Positions 25,701 through 38,699 of a stretch of 64,000 bases of DNA are shown here, one piece after another. Each line of letters opens with the position of its first letter. Position 1 is the first letter of the stretch. This DNA comes from Hydrolagus affinis (Eukaryota): the NCBI GenBank assembly GCA_012026655.1, contig JAAILG010000851.1, positions 1-64,000 on the forward strand. Reading direction: 5' to 3'. The notes beneath the pieces are model-generated. The model did no database searches. It was not told where the DNA came from and saw only the letters and a list, made by a program, of their open reading frames with translations. The position numbers were made by a program, and so were the translations under genes.

Positions 25701-27004
25701 GGATTAAGTATTTAGTAAACATGTGCAACTATGTGAATGAGTATTGCAGGTCAGGTTTATTGGTGAACACAGTGCTGGTGATCGTGCACATACATCTCAC
25801 TACTATTGATAATCATGTGATAATTAATAATAATAATCTTTGCATTTGATGTAGCGCTTTATCACATCGTTAAGACTTCTCAAAGCGCTTCACAGAATAT
25901 ACTGTAAATTGATTTGACTATTTTATGGGTAATTGAAATGTAATGAGCTTCAGCAAGAAACACATTTAGTGCAAACCAAGCCAAATTATTGTGGCGTTTC
26001 TTAATTTTTCCATATTATCTTTTACACAAACATGTGGACGGAACCTCCCCCTACCCCCCACCCCCCATTAAAATATATACCACAACAGTTTTGTAAATGT
26101 ACAGCGTAGGGAAGTCTAAAAACATAAATAAGTTAATTTAGGAGCTAAAAATGTATAAAGGTTGTCCAATTTATGGATTACAGTGATTTACAAAATAAAA
26201 TATTCATCTGTAAATACATGCATTTACATTCAAAAGGTATTTCAGCAGGATATACATTCCTTCATGACCTGTTTCAACAGTTGGTGCCATTTTTGGCAAA
26301 GTTTACTCAAATATTAATGTATACCACAACTAAGTGTCTAATAATGTAGCAATAGAAAAAGAAGTAAAAAAATTTAAGTACAATTAAGGTGAAATGTATT
26401 GAAGGCTACGGCAAAATGTCAAGTCACTGCTCGTGTCTCAGGCCAAAAATAAGTGTACGACAGTGGCAACGGCTTCTTTTGTTATAGCTATGGGTCTGGG
26501 GAGAGGTGGTGGGGGAGGGGAGAGATTAGTGGCAGAGCGATATGTAATTGACACGTGGCAGGTATGTGTCCCTGTCTGTTTTCTGAGGAAAACCAGTAAG
26601 TGGAAGCCAGGTACAGTACTTCCCTTTTGAGCTGAGAGGAAGTAGAAAAAGACAAAGTTACCCCAGTCCATTTCTCTGGATAGATGGCCAGCTCAAAAGA
26701 GGTTTTGGCGGAAGCATGAAGCATACTGCCCCCTGGCCAGGTAAGTGATGCTTGGGCCAAGAGAAACCTAAAGTGGTGAGAATAAAAATAATATTTAAAA
26801 TGGGAAAGGAAAAAAAGCACATTACAACATAAAATAAATATTCAGCTTCTCTCACACAACTTATTCCAGTTACACATTGTACAAATGCAGCTGCTCATGG
26901 TATTTTGTTTGGAGACCAACGGTATGATTCTAACCAATAAAAGCACAATTCTTCTTGTTTTATAACTTCCCTCGGAAGATTGAATTAAAAATCCCTGTCC
27001 TCAC

Positions 27005-27378
27005 CTTAGCGGTCCTCCACAGCCTGGCCCCTTCTACCTCTCCGACTTGCTAATCCCTTATCAACCTGTCCGCTCCATCTGCTCACTAGGCTCCAGCCTG
27101 TCCCATCAATGTCGGTTGGACCTTCAGCTTTTTGTCCCTGCTCTCTGGATCTCCTTCCCATCTTCCTTTTGCTTTGCTCGCTCCATTGCCTCCTTTGAAG
27201 GCACACCTCAAGATCCTCCTCTTCGACCATGCCTTCGGCCACCCTCCTATCCTCCATGCTCCCTGACCCCAACAACCTCCACCCTTGTTGGGTCTTAATC
27301 CCTGACTGTTCAGCACATTAGGACATCCTCCTGACGTGAAAAGCACATACAAATGTAATTTTTGTATTGTATTATTTA
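27005..27378 (+). mobile_element. L2 LINE 3' end
   Basis: C-rich L2 3' region ending CAGCACATTAGGACATCCTCCTGACGTGAAAAGCACATACAAATGTAATTTTTGTATTGT; similar ends at ~12660-12775, 28770-29080 (-), 37330-37550, 43950-44130 and 47215-47310. Confidence 0.75.
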
Positions 27379-29692
27379 TCTGTGACCCTTTCGCAAGTTC
27401 CCAGCAGACAACCTGATTTAATATTGCTGTTCTTAAACTAGATACTGGAATGTGCAAGCTTGAGTCGGTTTTGCCCCATGGTGGCCAACCTGTGGCCTGT
27501 GGGCTGGAAGTGGCCCACAGGCATCAAGAAGCTCTCTCCCACACATTTCACAAGTCTAAACAAATCCATGTTCGATCGGTAGTTTGTTTCAGTTTTTTCT
27601 TGATGGAATATTTCTTGATTTATAAGATTCTCCTTTCCCCCGGGAAGGCGATAGAGATGTTGGAAAAACACCTCTGCTTGGTGCTTTCCTAGCAGATAAT
27701 CCTTTTTTTTGGATTGGGGAATGATAAAGTCTACACAATGTTAATAATCCTTTCATTTGATATAACGCCTTGTTTTAATTCAATCCTCTGACTCTGAGGG
27801 ATGTTATAAAATGAGGAGAATCACATCATTGAGCTGTCTCAATGCACTTCACAGTATATATTGTAAAGTGGGTTGGCTGTGTATTTTGTGGGCAAAATAC
27901 GGCAGCCAATTGCGCACAGCAGTGTCCCACGATGTGGAATTTTTGATTAACAACCAGATTCCTAAGTACTGTACTGCTAGGTAAACAGAAGCTTGTGAAG
28001 CACGGAAACTTGCCTACGTTTTCGCTCCTTAAACCCTTCTCCCTATATTATTTATCTTTAATAAAGATGATAGACAGCCACATCAGCCTTTTGTCTCTTG
28101 AGCAAGAGATTGATATTGGTTATTTCTCAGCTATACAACAAATTTTGCTAGAAGGGATTCTCAAAATAAGTGTTGCTCATTAAGTCATCAGGCAGAGAGG
28201 ATTAAAAAGACATTGCCTAATTCCATTCCTCATTCTGTTGCTTCCTGGTGCAAATTGACCACTAGGGATGGTGAATTACCAACTGAATCATTCTGCCATT
28301 CATTTTGGAGAAGGAGCAGACATTTCATTAATACCTTTCTCAGATAAGCTTTTGAACCCAGAAAAGTAGATGAATGAAAAGTTTTGTTGTATAAATATTG
28401 TTGAATGGGTAACTATTCAAGAACAGCAACTGCATTTGACTCAGATTCATTAGTCATCATTAATGACTTTACTGTACAAAATGGTCTAGAAATGTAGTGC
28501 AGATACAATTTAAGAAAACGAATAGATGGAAACAGAGGGGTATTAAAGAAACATAACAACTTGGATTTATATTGCGCCCTCCACGCCAGACAGTGTCTCA
28601 GAGCGCTTCACAAAGCGGAACCTGGGGCCGAACCAGGTGGAGGGGGAAAAAGGTGACCAAAAACATACATCTGGTTACAAGTCTAAATCGTAACGTGCAT
28701 GCACTTAGTTAATCGGTGAAATATTAGCAGGACTGGAGGGAAAAGGGGAGAAATTAAATATTTATAAAACAACCAAATTACATTTGTAGAGCGCTTTTCA
28801 TGTCAGGAGAATGCCCCAAGGCGCTGAACAGTTGGGGGTCAGGACAAGAGCATGGGGGGGGGGTTGCAGTGATGGGTTGAAAGAAGGCAGAGAGTTAGGA
28901 GGGCGCTGAAGGCACAGTCGAAAAGCTTGAGTCCAGCCTTGAAGGAGACAAGGGAGGGAGCGAGGCGAAGCGATTCTGGGATGGAGTTCTAAAGGGTGGG
29001 GGCAGAGACTGAAAGCCCAGCCATCAATGGTAGGGTGGGTTGGGTGGGAGATATTGAGCAGGCTGGAGCCTGCTCCATGTGTACAGAAATTGCTCTTCTC
29101 GCAAAGCCCATCTATATAATCTTGTACCTGGTATTATAACAAAGGCTCGGATTTATATTTTGCCCTGTATGTGGGGTAGCGACTTGGAACACTTAACAGT
29201 GGTGGAATCTGAACCCGAACCAGGGAGAGAGGGAGGGGCAAGGTGACTGTAAAGAAGGTCGTTAGGCAGGATTTGAAAGTGGGTAGGGGGCAAGGCTGTA
29301 AAATCGAGGGACAGTCATACCATAACCCACGTTATTACAAAATAGTCGCCAAACCCAAATGAACATTTTAAAAGCTCAACGATAGAAACGGAAATATTTT
29401 GGTGAATGGTATGCTGTCCTATTCAGAAACTGAAGTTCTGTTACTTCCTGATTGCAAAATACAAGGGCTCTGACTAATAAACAGGAAAGCTCGCTATAGT
29501 TCAGCCTACCCTCCCCAATTGCACAAACAATCCCCAGAAATATGTAAATGTTTGCTGATCAGAGGCTCAATATTCCTCATGATCTTAAGTCCTTTATTGT
29601 CTTAACATTCGAAATCTTGCAGTTTACAGAAATTCTTCATTCTCAGTCTCAATTTGGAAGACAGCTTTTCGCATTTCTTTTAAAAAAGTAAA

Positions 29693-29975
29693 AATAATAA
29701 TGCTTGCATTTTAATATAAGTCTTTAATATATTTTGTGAGCGAAACGCAGCAGCTAATTGCAAGCAACAGTGTCTCACAAACAGTCTTGGATTGAGCGGC
29801 CAAATTATAATTTTTTTTAAATGTATTTTTATCGTGATCCGCCAATCAACTAACAACTCTGGGTTCCTACTTACTGCTTTGTAAATAGGCACGTGGAGGA
29901 AGAAAACGTGCCCATTGTTTTGCCCTGTGCATGAATCGCACCTGGGGCCTCTCACTTGTGTTAACCAATACACTC
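29693..29975 (-). mobile_element. SINE family A, near full length
   Basis: Tail AATAATAATGCTTGCATT through GCAGCTAATTGCAAGCAACAGTGTCTCACAAACAG to a degenerate head at ~29930-29975. Confidence 0.7.
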
Positions 29976-32166
29976 CTGGAAATATGGAAAACCTGCATCC
30001 AAATTTAGATGTAATTTAAGAATTTTACTGCGTGCAAACTTGCATTTTAAGGCAATGGTCTTAAAGTTAAGCAGTTAACTATAAAGAATCTGGGCTTTCG
30101 GTTTAGAAAAGTAATATCTGTTTTCATCCCAGAAGTTCTAAAGCTTTTTTGATATAGCGTTCTTTTAAATGAGCAGAAAACATAGATTTCAAGGGGATAA
30201 AGTTTACAGTTGAAGCATACTTTTTAAGCTTATTTTACTCTGAATCTCCTTTACGTGGACGGCAAGTTTATATTTTGCTTTATTTGAAAGCACACATGAC
30301 AAGAGTGTAGCTGAAACATGGTAGCTGCCTATTATGAGGTAACTATAATGCTGTTAACTCCTCAAACAAAATTTTGATTTACAAGTCACATGACAGTTGC
30401 CTGACAAGGCAAGAGGTTGAGGGTAGAAGAGGTAGAAATATATATTACAACAGAAGGCAGATAGAATCCCCCCTAAAAAAAATCTGTGATGGACAATGTA
30501 ACCCATTTGTGACATAAAGAGCTTGATGTAATCTCTTAGCCAAGGTGGTTCAGTCTTCAATAATCAATAATCAATTATAATAAAATAATATTATTATTTT
30601 ATTATTATCAAAAGCTTATAATAAAATAATATTATTATTAATAATAATCAAACATATTCTATTAAACTATAAAAGTGTTCTTGAATATCAGCACTAATAA
30701 TTTAACTTTCACTGTGTATCATTTAAAAAATTAAATAGGCATAGTTTTCTGGGCATTACTGTTTTTGAATTGTCAAATTCTGTTTGTATAATTAAACCCT
30801 AGCAGCAGGTACATGCAAATCTAAATGAGTGATTATGGTAAGCACTGGCCTAGGAGTGCAAGGGAATAACTAGAGCCTAGGCCTCATCCGACAGAACACA
30901 ACTCAAGTTCAGATACTAGGAAGTGCTAGAGCAGCCCAGAGTTTCTCATCATCTCTGAGGAAAATACATGGTCTTCAGTCAATGCTTAAATAAACGTACC
31001 CATCAATAGAAGATTGGCCTATGGGAAAATTTCAGGCATAATCCCATGTCCTTCTACTCCACAAACCCCAGCTTGGTCTAGCAATGTGACATCACCAAAT
31101 AATTTAGATTAATATCATATAAGTTTTTTTGTTTCCTATCCAGCTGGATAATTGAAATTCCACCCGGTGGATACTGTGCTCTCTCTACCTTACAGGATAT
31201 TCATAAAGCTGGGGGTTCTGAGAACACCATCACCCATGATGTGACATTGCTAGAGCAAGATAACAGTCTAAATTACACAGTGATATTATTTTATTTTTTC
31301 ATTCTCTCTTTTCATTCTCTCTCATTCTCTCAATCGACCTATCTACAAATCATGCGATGATTCAGGCTAACAAACCTCTACAATGCTATTACACGTCTAC
31401 ACCCAAACAGGCCTGGGTGCTGAAAATATTTGCACCTAAAGTCTGGGAAGCTATACAGTACATCAGGCACCCTTTGAGGCAAGATGTCATGAAATTGCTA
31501 GTTTCCAAGTTACTTCTTAACAATGCATCCTTCATAGCTGATCCTTACAAGCTATTGAGTTGCACTTTGGAATCAAATTAGTAGTTTTGGTGTCTTCAAG
31601 TGACCGTTGAGCATCATGCCTGAGAGATATGTATCTGGACATTACTGAACCCAGATAAGTATACCCACTTGCAACCTGAAGTAAGGCAACATTGCAAAAT
31701 GTAAAAAAAAAACAGCATAAAACCCTGTGACTTCAGTAATGCATAATGCCCAGGCATATCGGAAATCAGTTTCCATATAAATAGAATCAACTTCCATCTG
31801 AACTGAATAATTTTTTTTAAATAGATGTTGATACGCTAGATAGGATGGATTTCAACAGAGAACAGGGTCCAGTAGGGCTGTCTCAACCCGACAGATCTAT
31901 TCACGTGAGTGTCGTTTTTTTTATTGGTATTTTGCGTCAATACCAGTGCAATTAATAGCGGTACCCATCATACATTTCTAATATAAGTGTCTAAGCAGTA
32001 AAACGGTGTAACAAAAAGGGATTTAACAGCAAGGAGTTATGTTTCAACTGATCAAGTTGCGATACTCAAAATCTTGGAAAACTTAGCACCCAACGACAAT
32101 TTAAACAATCCAGGTTCACACCAGCAGACCAGTGCATTTCTCAACTGTAGAATACGTACATCTCCA

Positions 32167-32209
32167 TCACTCCCTGTGGCGTTTAAATGGCTCATCACTT
32201 GTACCCTCC
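32167..32209 (-). CDS. TCTA: TCTA exon 3 coding part: (W)EGTSDEPFKRHRE*
   Basis: Acceptor tttctctctaattacag|G, phase 2 as required; matches human C-terminus EMAANEPLKTHRE; candidate minus-strand AATAAA at 31920-31925. Confidence 0.92.
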
Positions 32210-32811
32210 CTGTAATTAGAGAGAAATTGAACAGTGTTATATTGTCAGCTACATAGGCAATCCAAATCATGTAAAATTGCATAGAGTGAGGATTTTTCTC
32301 TCCCCAGTTTAGTCACTTTCCTCTTATGAAAGCAGCATCTCACCTGGGTGACGATTCCATAACGTCTGAATATTGCTTTATTTGCTGGCTATTTTTCAGA
32401 TAGTGCCTGAACAGTGATTGCAGGGAAGTTATTTCACCATATGATTCTGTACTAATTTGACATATACACATGCCATCATACTACAAGCAGCAACAAACCA
32501 AAAAAATTGCATTTACGACAACCAAGCCAATTTTCTCCTTATCTTGGAAACTGGCAAACAACTGCAGCAGTTACTCAACCATTCCAGATCAGACCACAGA
32601 ACACAACACAGATTAAAGATCTAATCTGGTTCACACAATATTTCAATATTACACCACATTGGGCCATGAGACCCTGCCCACCTTTTCTCTCTAATCTTTC
32701 ATGGGGGCTCACAGATGATTATTTAATATTCAAATACAAGAAATGCTAGATCTCTCACACCTTCTGGACCAAGAAAACAACAACAACAACAACAAAATAA
32801 CATTTATAGAG

Positions 32812-32918
32812 AAAACACAAGATACCACAGATGCTGGGAATCTGAAACAAAAACCAAAATTGCTGGGGAAACTCAGCAGGTCAAACAGCATCCATGGAGA
32901 AAGGAAAAAGAGTCAATG
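32812..32918. mobile_element. Short Penelope-type (shark PLE terminal repeat-like) insertion nested in an L2 tail
   Basis: CAGATGCTGGGAATCTGAAACAAAAACCAAAATTGCTGGGGAAACTCAGCAGGTCAAACAGCATCCATGGAG, flanked by duplicated TTTATAGAG; family assignment from recall. Confidence 0.6.
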
Positions 32919-34045
32919 TTTATAGAGCCCCTTCACGTAGGGAAGACTTCCCAAGGTGCTGACCTGGGCATGGAGGAGGGGCAGGGTAGGGGAGGAGGGA
33001 GAGAGATGGGAGGGCAGCTAAAGGCATGATCGAAAAGGAGGGTCTTAAACTGGCTTTGAAGGAGATAAGGGAGGAAGTGAGGTGAAGGGACTATGGGATA
33101 GAGTTCCAGAGTGTGGGGGCAGAGAGGCTGAAAGCCCAGCCGCCATTGGTAGGTCGGGCGGGAGATATGGAGCAGAGTGGAGACTGCTGAACGGAGGGGG
33201 CCGAGCAGATTGGTAGGGAGTCAGCAGGTCAGAGATGTAGGAAGGGGCAAGCCAGGCCTCGAAAGTGAGGGCAAGGGAACCGAGGTCACAGCCCTCAGAA
33301 ACGCCGCATGAGATGGTGCGGGGGCTGGAAGAAAAGCCGTTGGCAGACACAAAGTCGAGACAGTGTGAAAGATAGAACTTGAACCAGTCAAGGAGAGAAC
33401 CTTGAAGGTTGAGGTACGAGGAGAGGCGATGGAGAAGGATTGAATTGTCCACAGAGTCGAAGATGGCGGATAAGTCGAGGAGGCAGAAGGAGCCCTGGTC
33501 ACAAATGGTCAAGATATCATTGGTGACCTTGACCAGAGCAGTTTCCGTGCAGTGGGTAGCACAGAAGTCTGATTGGAGGGGCTCGTGGAGGGAATGGGAT
33601 AAGAGGAAGAGTGAACCTGGGAGCCAATGACTCATTCAAGGACCTTGGATAGAAAAGAGAGGGTAGAGATGGGCCGATAGTTGGAGAGCTGTGATGTATC
33701 AAGGGAAGGTTTCTTCAGAGTAGGGTGATAGTGGCTGTTCTGAGGGGGGTGGGAATGGTGCTGGATGAAAGGGAGAGATTGACGATGTCGGCGAGTAGTG
33801 GGGCAAGGAGATGAAGCTGGAAGGTAAGGAGAGGGATGGGAATGGGGTCCAGGGAGCAGGTGATGAGCTTCATGGTAGATATGGTGCCGCTGACAGAGGA
33901 GTGGGAAGACAGCTTCAAAGGTGTGGAAGGGGATAGGTAGGAATTGAAGTGTCGGAGGGAGTGGGACTTGAGGAAATCCAGCAACTCCTCGCAGTGGGAA
34001 TTAGAGGAAATAATCTGCAAGGTGTGGTGGGCAGAGAAGCCGGTA
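32919..34045 (-). mobile_element. Degraded L2-clade LINE with reverse transcriptase remnant
   Basis: ORF 33045-33635 contains EPLQSDF..HCTETALVKVTNDIL..LLDLSAIFDSVDNSILLHRL; ORF 33715-34020 contains TCSLDPIP..LADIVNLSLSS; frameshifts and an internal deletion; L2 3' tail. Confidence 0.92.
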
Positions 34046-34829
34046 TTAATGAATATTCTTATAATATTGCAGAAGACTTGTTAAATGTTCCAAAAAAAAT
34101 CTAAGCTTTTAGGTGACTAGGATACACAGTATTGCACTTTGGTATGGAAAGCCGCCAAAGAAATGTGATCTTCAGTAAAACCTATATGGTATATATTTTG
34201 AATTTCTACTTATTACTTAAAAGGTTTCTGATTCAAGTAAAAGGTACCCAAAACTTTTATAACCAAAATGTTAGAAACTATTTTTAGATGATTTATATTT
34301 GCTGCACGCCATAAAATTGAACAAATAACAGCTAACCAAACAGATAACCATAGGAACAGTATTGAGTATGTAGGTATGTAGTACATTTGTTGTCTGCTGT
34401 CATTCCCATAAGGAATCTTAATTCTATTTCTAATAGTGGAACACAATTGACATTGTGAAAGCCATGTAGATTTGACAATAAAACTAATTTAAGACAGTCC
34501 ATTTTTTAAAAAGAATATCACAGAATAGATTTTCCCCCACACAGTACTCTGTGGGATACTGATAATAACAATAATAATAATCTTTGGATTTGATATAGTG
34601 CTTTTATCACGTCTTCTAAGCGTCTCATTTTGTGAAGAACGGTATCAGGTACGGTAATGAAAAACATACACAAGATACTTTCATATATCCAGCCACTGCT
34701 GTGAAATTTTTCACTTCTAACCAGATTGAGGCACATGACCCTAGTTCAAAATGATGCCTAGCATTGTTACATGTGCTAAGCAGAGATTGAATTTCTCAAA
34801 GGGGATTTTGCCAATTGAAATTCACCATT

Positions 34830-35185
34830 GCAAGAAAGTTGATGTGCTGGTGCGCGAAAAGTGGAGAAACTAAATTTCACGGTAGGTCTTGCATTGGGCG
34901 ATCGGCAACAACTGATAATGAAGAGAATACACAGAAAGTTGATGACCTGATCAGCAAAGATTGACACATCACTCAGCAGGAGTTGAGTGACAGTCTCGGT
35001 CATCATGCCATAAAGATGGTGTAATCTTGATAATCTTGTTTACTCTAAAGATTATGCTTGGTGGGTTCTACAACTGTTAACCTTGTTTCACCAGGGAAGT
35101 AGAAAGGCTACATGCTCATCATTTTACCGTAATGGCACTGGTTCTACATTGGGGCAAGTATGGCAATCATGGTGGTGACTTTGTG
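34830..35185 (+). mobile_element. Fossil mariner transposase fragment, internally deleted
   Basis: Hand translation: GRSATTDNEENTQKVDDLISKD*HITQQELSDSLG, LVYSKDYAWWVLQLLT (WVPxxL motif) and WGKYGNHGGDFVEK* (mariner C-terminus). Confidence 0.8.
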
Positions 35186-36836
35186 GAAAAATAAACAGCC
35201 TCCTACATCCCAGTTGCTTCCTCTGCTTAGTGAGCACTGGCCTGCTTCACGTGCCCCTTACGATCTCCCCCATGCGATCTGCCCAGGCGTCGAGATTCAT
35301 CTATTTCCCTAGTCTCTGGAACTCCATCCCGGAATTCCTCCATCTCACTGCTTGCCCTCCCCCCACCCCAGGCTAAACTCTTTCATCTCCCCATGATGTG
35401 CTTTCAGTCATCTCCCCATTCAAGCAAGCGTGCTTAGTCAGCTATGTGAAGTACTTTTGAGATGTCATCCTGAAGAGAAAGTGATATATAAGCATAAATT
35501 GCATTGTATCCCCAGGAAACAAGGTGGAATAAAACCATACTGTAAAGTGGATACAAGACCCCCCCCAAAAAAAAATCATCCTCAATGTTCAGTTGAGACA
35601 ATCTGGCTATGTTGGCCTAAACAGTCAAATTGCACCCATAAATTCAAGAGAGCAGGTCTTTGTTATTAACTTAACCTCCATCCAATTTTCCAAGTACAGT
35701 AGCTGCAGGTACCACTTGCAGTGGATGCAAATCCAGTTAGCTGCTGGTCTAATTCTAAGGTGTTGAAGGGTTACTTGACAGGATATTATGCTTTTCCCTT
35801 CTATCTTGGGCAGTGCATCATTCACCCAGCAAAATAATTCAATCTTTCCCTGGACGAGGCTACCACTGAGCAAAACAGACTGCAAACAAGCTCAAAATAC
35901 TGCACCCAATATCACTCATGTAATAAGACCACATCATACCAGTGACAAATCAGTTACACAACAGCATGGGGAATTGCAGCACATTGGAGCAAGAGAGAAT
36001 AATTTCTGTGAGCACTGCTGGTAAATCCTTTTCCACCCACCACAGGATAAATCTGTCTCTATAGATTTAATAAAGCAATCTGCTATCTATCAGACTTAAA
36101 AAAAATTGAAGTGCATGCTTGTACTTGCCATTCCCCATGTGGTGATTACCAATGTTGTAAACATTTTTAAATTAATGGAAGAATCACACAACCCCACCTT
36201 CATAAAATCACTAACAACCAATGACGAGGATGAAAATCAGTAGATAAAGACATTTGCAACGATTCACTGACATATAGACCAGGAACATCAGATTCAATCC
36301 CTGATCCGTGCCATCAGCTAATCTCAGCCTGTTGGGTTCAGTGCATCTGATCTATAGAGATGGGGGAGGGGGGGCAATTTTGTTCCCACTGCTGATATGC
36401 ATCCAGTATTGTAAAGTACACAACAACAACATCGATTTATATAGCGCCCTCCATGCCGGATGGTGTCTCAGAGTGCTTCGAGTACACGTGTGGACATTGA
36501 GGACAAACAGAGGACGGTTTCTAGTGATTCCTTCTACAGAGTCTAAACTACCTCCAGTCCTCATTTGAGCTAAGTATTTTGCTGAGGTGTTGAAGAGTTA
36601 TTGAACAGAAGTTACAAATGAATAGCGCTGATCTTAAATATGATTAGATAAACTTCAAGTTGTACTGCACTGATTAATGAACATAGTGGGATTCATGGAA
36701 CCCTGTTTGATTTGGATACTCTGAAGCATGGTGCAAGGTTCAACACTCTGCTTACTAAAAAAAAAGTGATATTAAAAAGTCACCATCACATCAGTTTTGT
36801 GTCTACTGAAAACTTCTAAAAGCTCTTTAAACTTAC

Positions 36837-36891
36837 CAACTGGTATAATTGGAAGAGCCATCTGGAGTGCCACCATTCTGACTCCCAATAC
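36837..36891 (-). CDS. TCTA: TCTA exon 2 (55 nt): (G)IGSQNGGTPDGSSNYTS(W)
   Basis: ttttacag acceptor, TG|gtaagt donor; matches human LGGQNGSTPDGSTHFPSW. Confidence 0.94.
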
Positions 36892-38699
36892 CTGTAAAAT
36901 AAATGAAAATTCAATAAGCTATATAAAGGTATATTTATATTATAATATATATACACAGGTACATATATTTTGCCACCAATGTCATTGATCCATTTTCTTC
37001 TACTGAGATACGGTGCCACACTGCCAGGTGTGGCAAACTAGACCTTTCTGAACCTATTGTGAACAATCTATTTGACTGTGAGAATTGTAGTTGAACCCAA
37101 TCTTATTCACATGCAAAATTCATACATACACCTCCGCAGCAGAGGTTACTGGATGCAAATCAAAGCAAGATTCCCCCAAACATTACTCTCCCAAATCTGA
37201 CCCATTTAAAACAAATTTAGCATCCATGTTGCCAACCAACATCAGCTACCTCATGGAATATTTCTGGTTTGTAGTTCGGCTATCAGAGCTGAGGTAAACT
37301 AACCAAATTCCAAACTTGAACTGAATTTTGCGATGCTTCCTCCCTCTCTTCCTTCAAGGCACCCGGTCTCAAGACCTTCCTATTCGATTACGCCTTCTGC
37401 TCCCCTCCAAACTCTCCTTCCTCTCCCACTCTCCTTCCCCCTATCCCCAACCCTCCCCTTGCTCAGGTCCCGACCTAACTGTTCAGCACCTTGGGAAGTC
37501 CTCCCGATGTGAAAGGCGCTCTATAAATATAATTTTATTGTTATTGTTGAATTTAAAATAAAGGAGAAAGCAGTGCTTATATTAGGAACTGGCTGTAGTT
37601 CAACCCAAATGAAAGCACCCAAACACAAACACTTACTAAATAACCACACTGAAAGTGAATTAAAATTAAAAGGGTGTAGTCACTCTACTAACTTATAGTT
37701 ATAAAGTGCTTTATGTGATGTGTGCTGTAATTAATTCTGCTAAAATCAATGTAGATTATTGATTACATATCAGTATTGCTCTCTCCTCAAAATTACATGA
37801 ACTCTTAAAAGGCTGAAAAGCAAATTAAAAAATATTGATTTTCTGAAAATCTGCCCCCAAAAAGGTCAGTGTCATAAATTCAATCACACAACTAAATGTG
37901 ATTGGAACTAAAACACAAAGATGGAGTGTTAGAGGATAGTGAACAAACTGTAGATATGTTGAGATTTTACCACAATTGTTTGGTACACAATAAAGCTGAA
38001 AGCTACAGGAAATGCAGTGTGGCTAAGTAAATATAAACATACTGCCATTAGGTCACTGCGATTGATCAATGTTAAACTTCAATCAGACAACTAAATCAAA
38101 AACTGAAACTGACAAGATGAAGCAGCAGCTGAAACAAGAGACATACAAAGTGAATGAATCAAATGTGAAATAGAAAATGTGAAAAATAGAATTTAAAACA
38201 AAAACATGGTAAGCCATGAGGTGAGGGAGAGAATGGGAGCGAGTACAACTTACAGACTGATCTGAACGACCATCATAAAGCTAATGGTTCTCATGTACGT
38301 GAGCAAATGAACGTTTGATAAGGAACCAATACAAAAAGATCCTACAAGACTACATTTCTCAAATTGACAAATCTAATTGAATGCCAAATCCTACAGTGCA
38401 GAACACAGCCAAAATAATGTGCAGGAAGCAGTCAATTAAATAGCAAGCATTCGTTTTAAATAAAACAATTTAACTGTTGCAAAGGGTGAGTAGAACTGAA
38501 GCAGTGGAAGAGAATGAGGCCAGAGTACTCCAATATGTCTTAATTTCAACACTATAAGAATCCAGGAAGGAGAAAGAATCTGCAGTATTTGAAGCTTGTG
38601 AAGAAAGTACAGGAATGATACTACATCAGTACTGATAAAATAAAGGTGAAAATATGGTATGTTACTGTCCTACAACTAACAATGAAATAATTTCAACTA

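Noticed and set aside
35526-35539. GGAATAAAACCATA resembling antisense miR-135
   Set aside because: Seed region disrupted and no hairpin; the partial match TCACATAGG at 39062 also fails to extend
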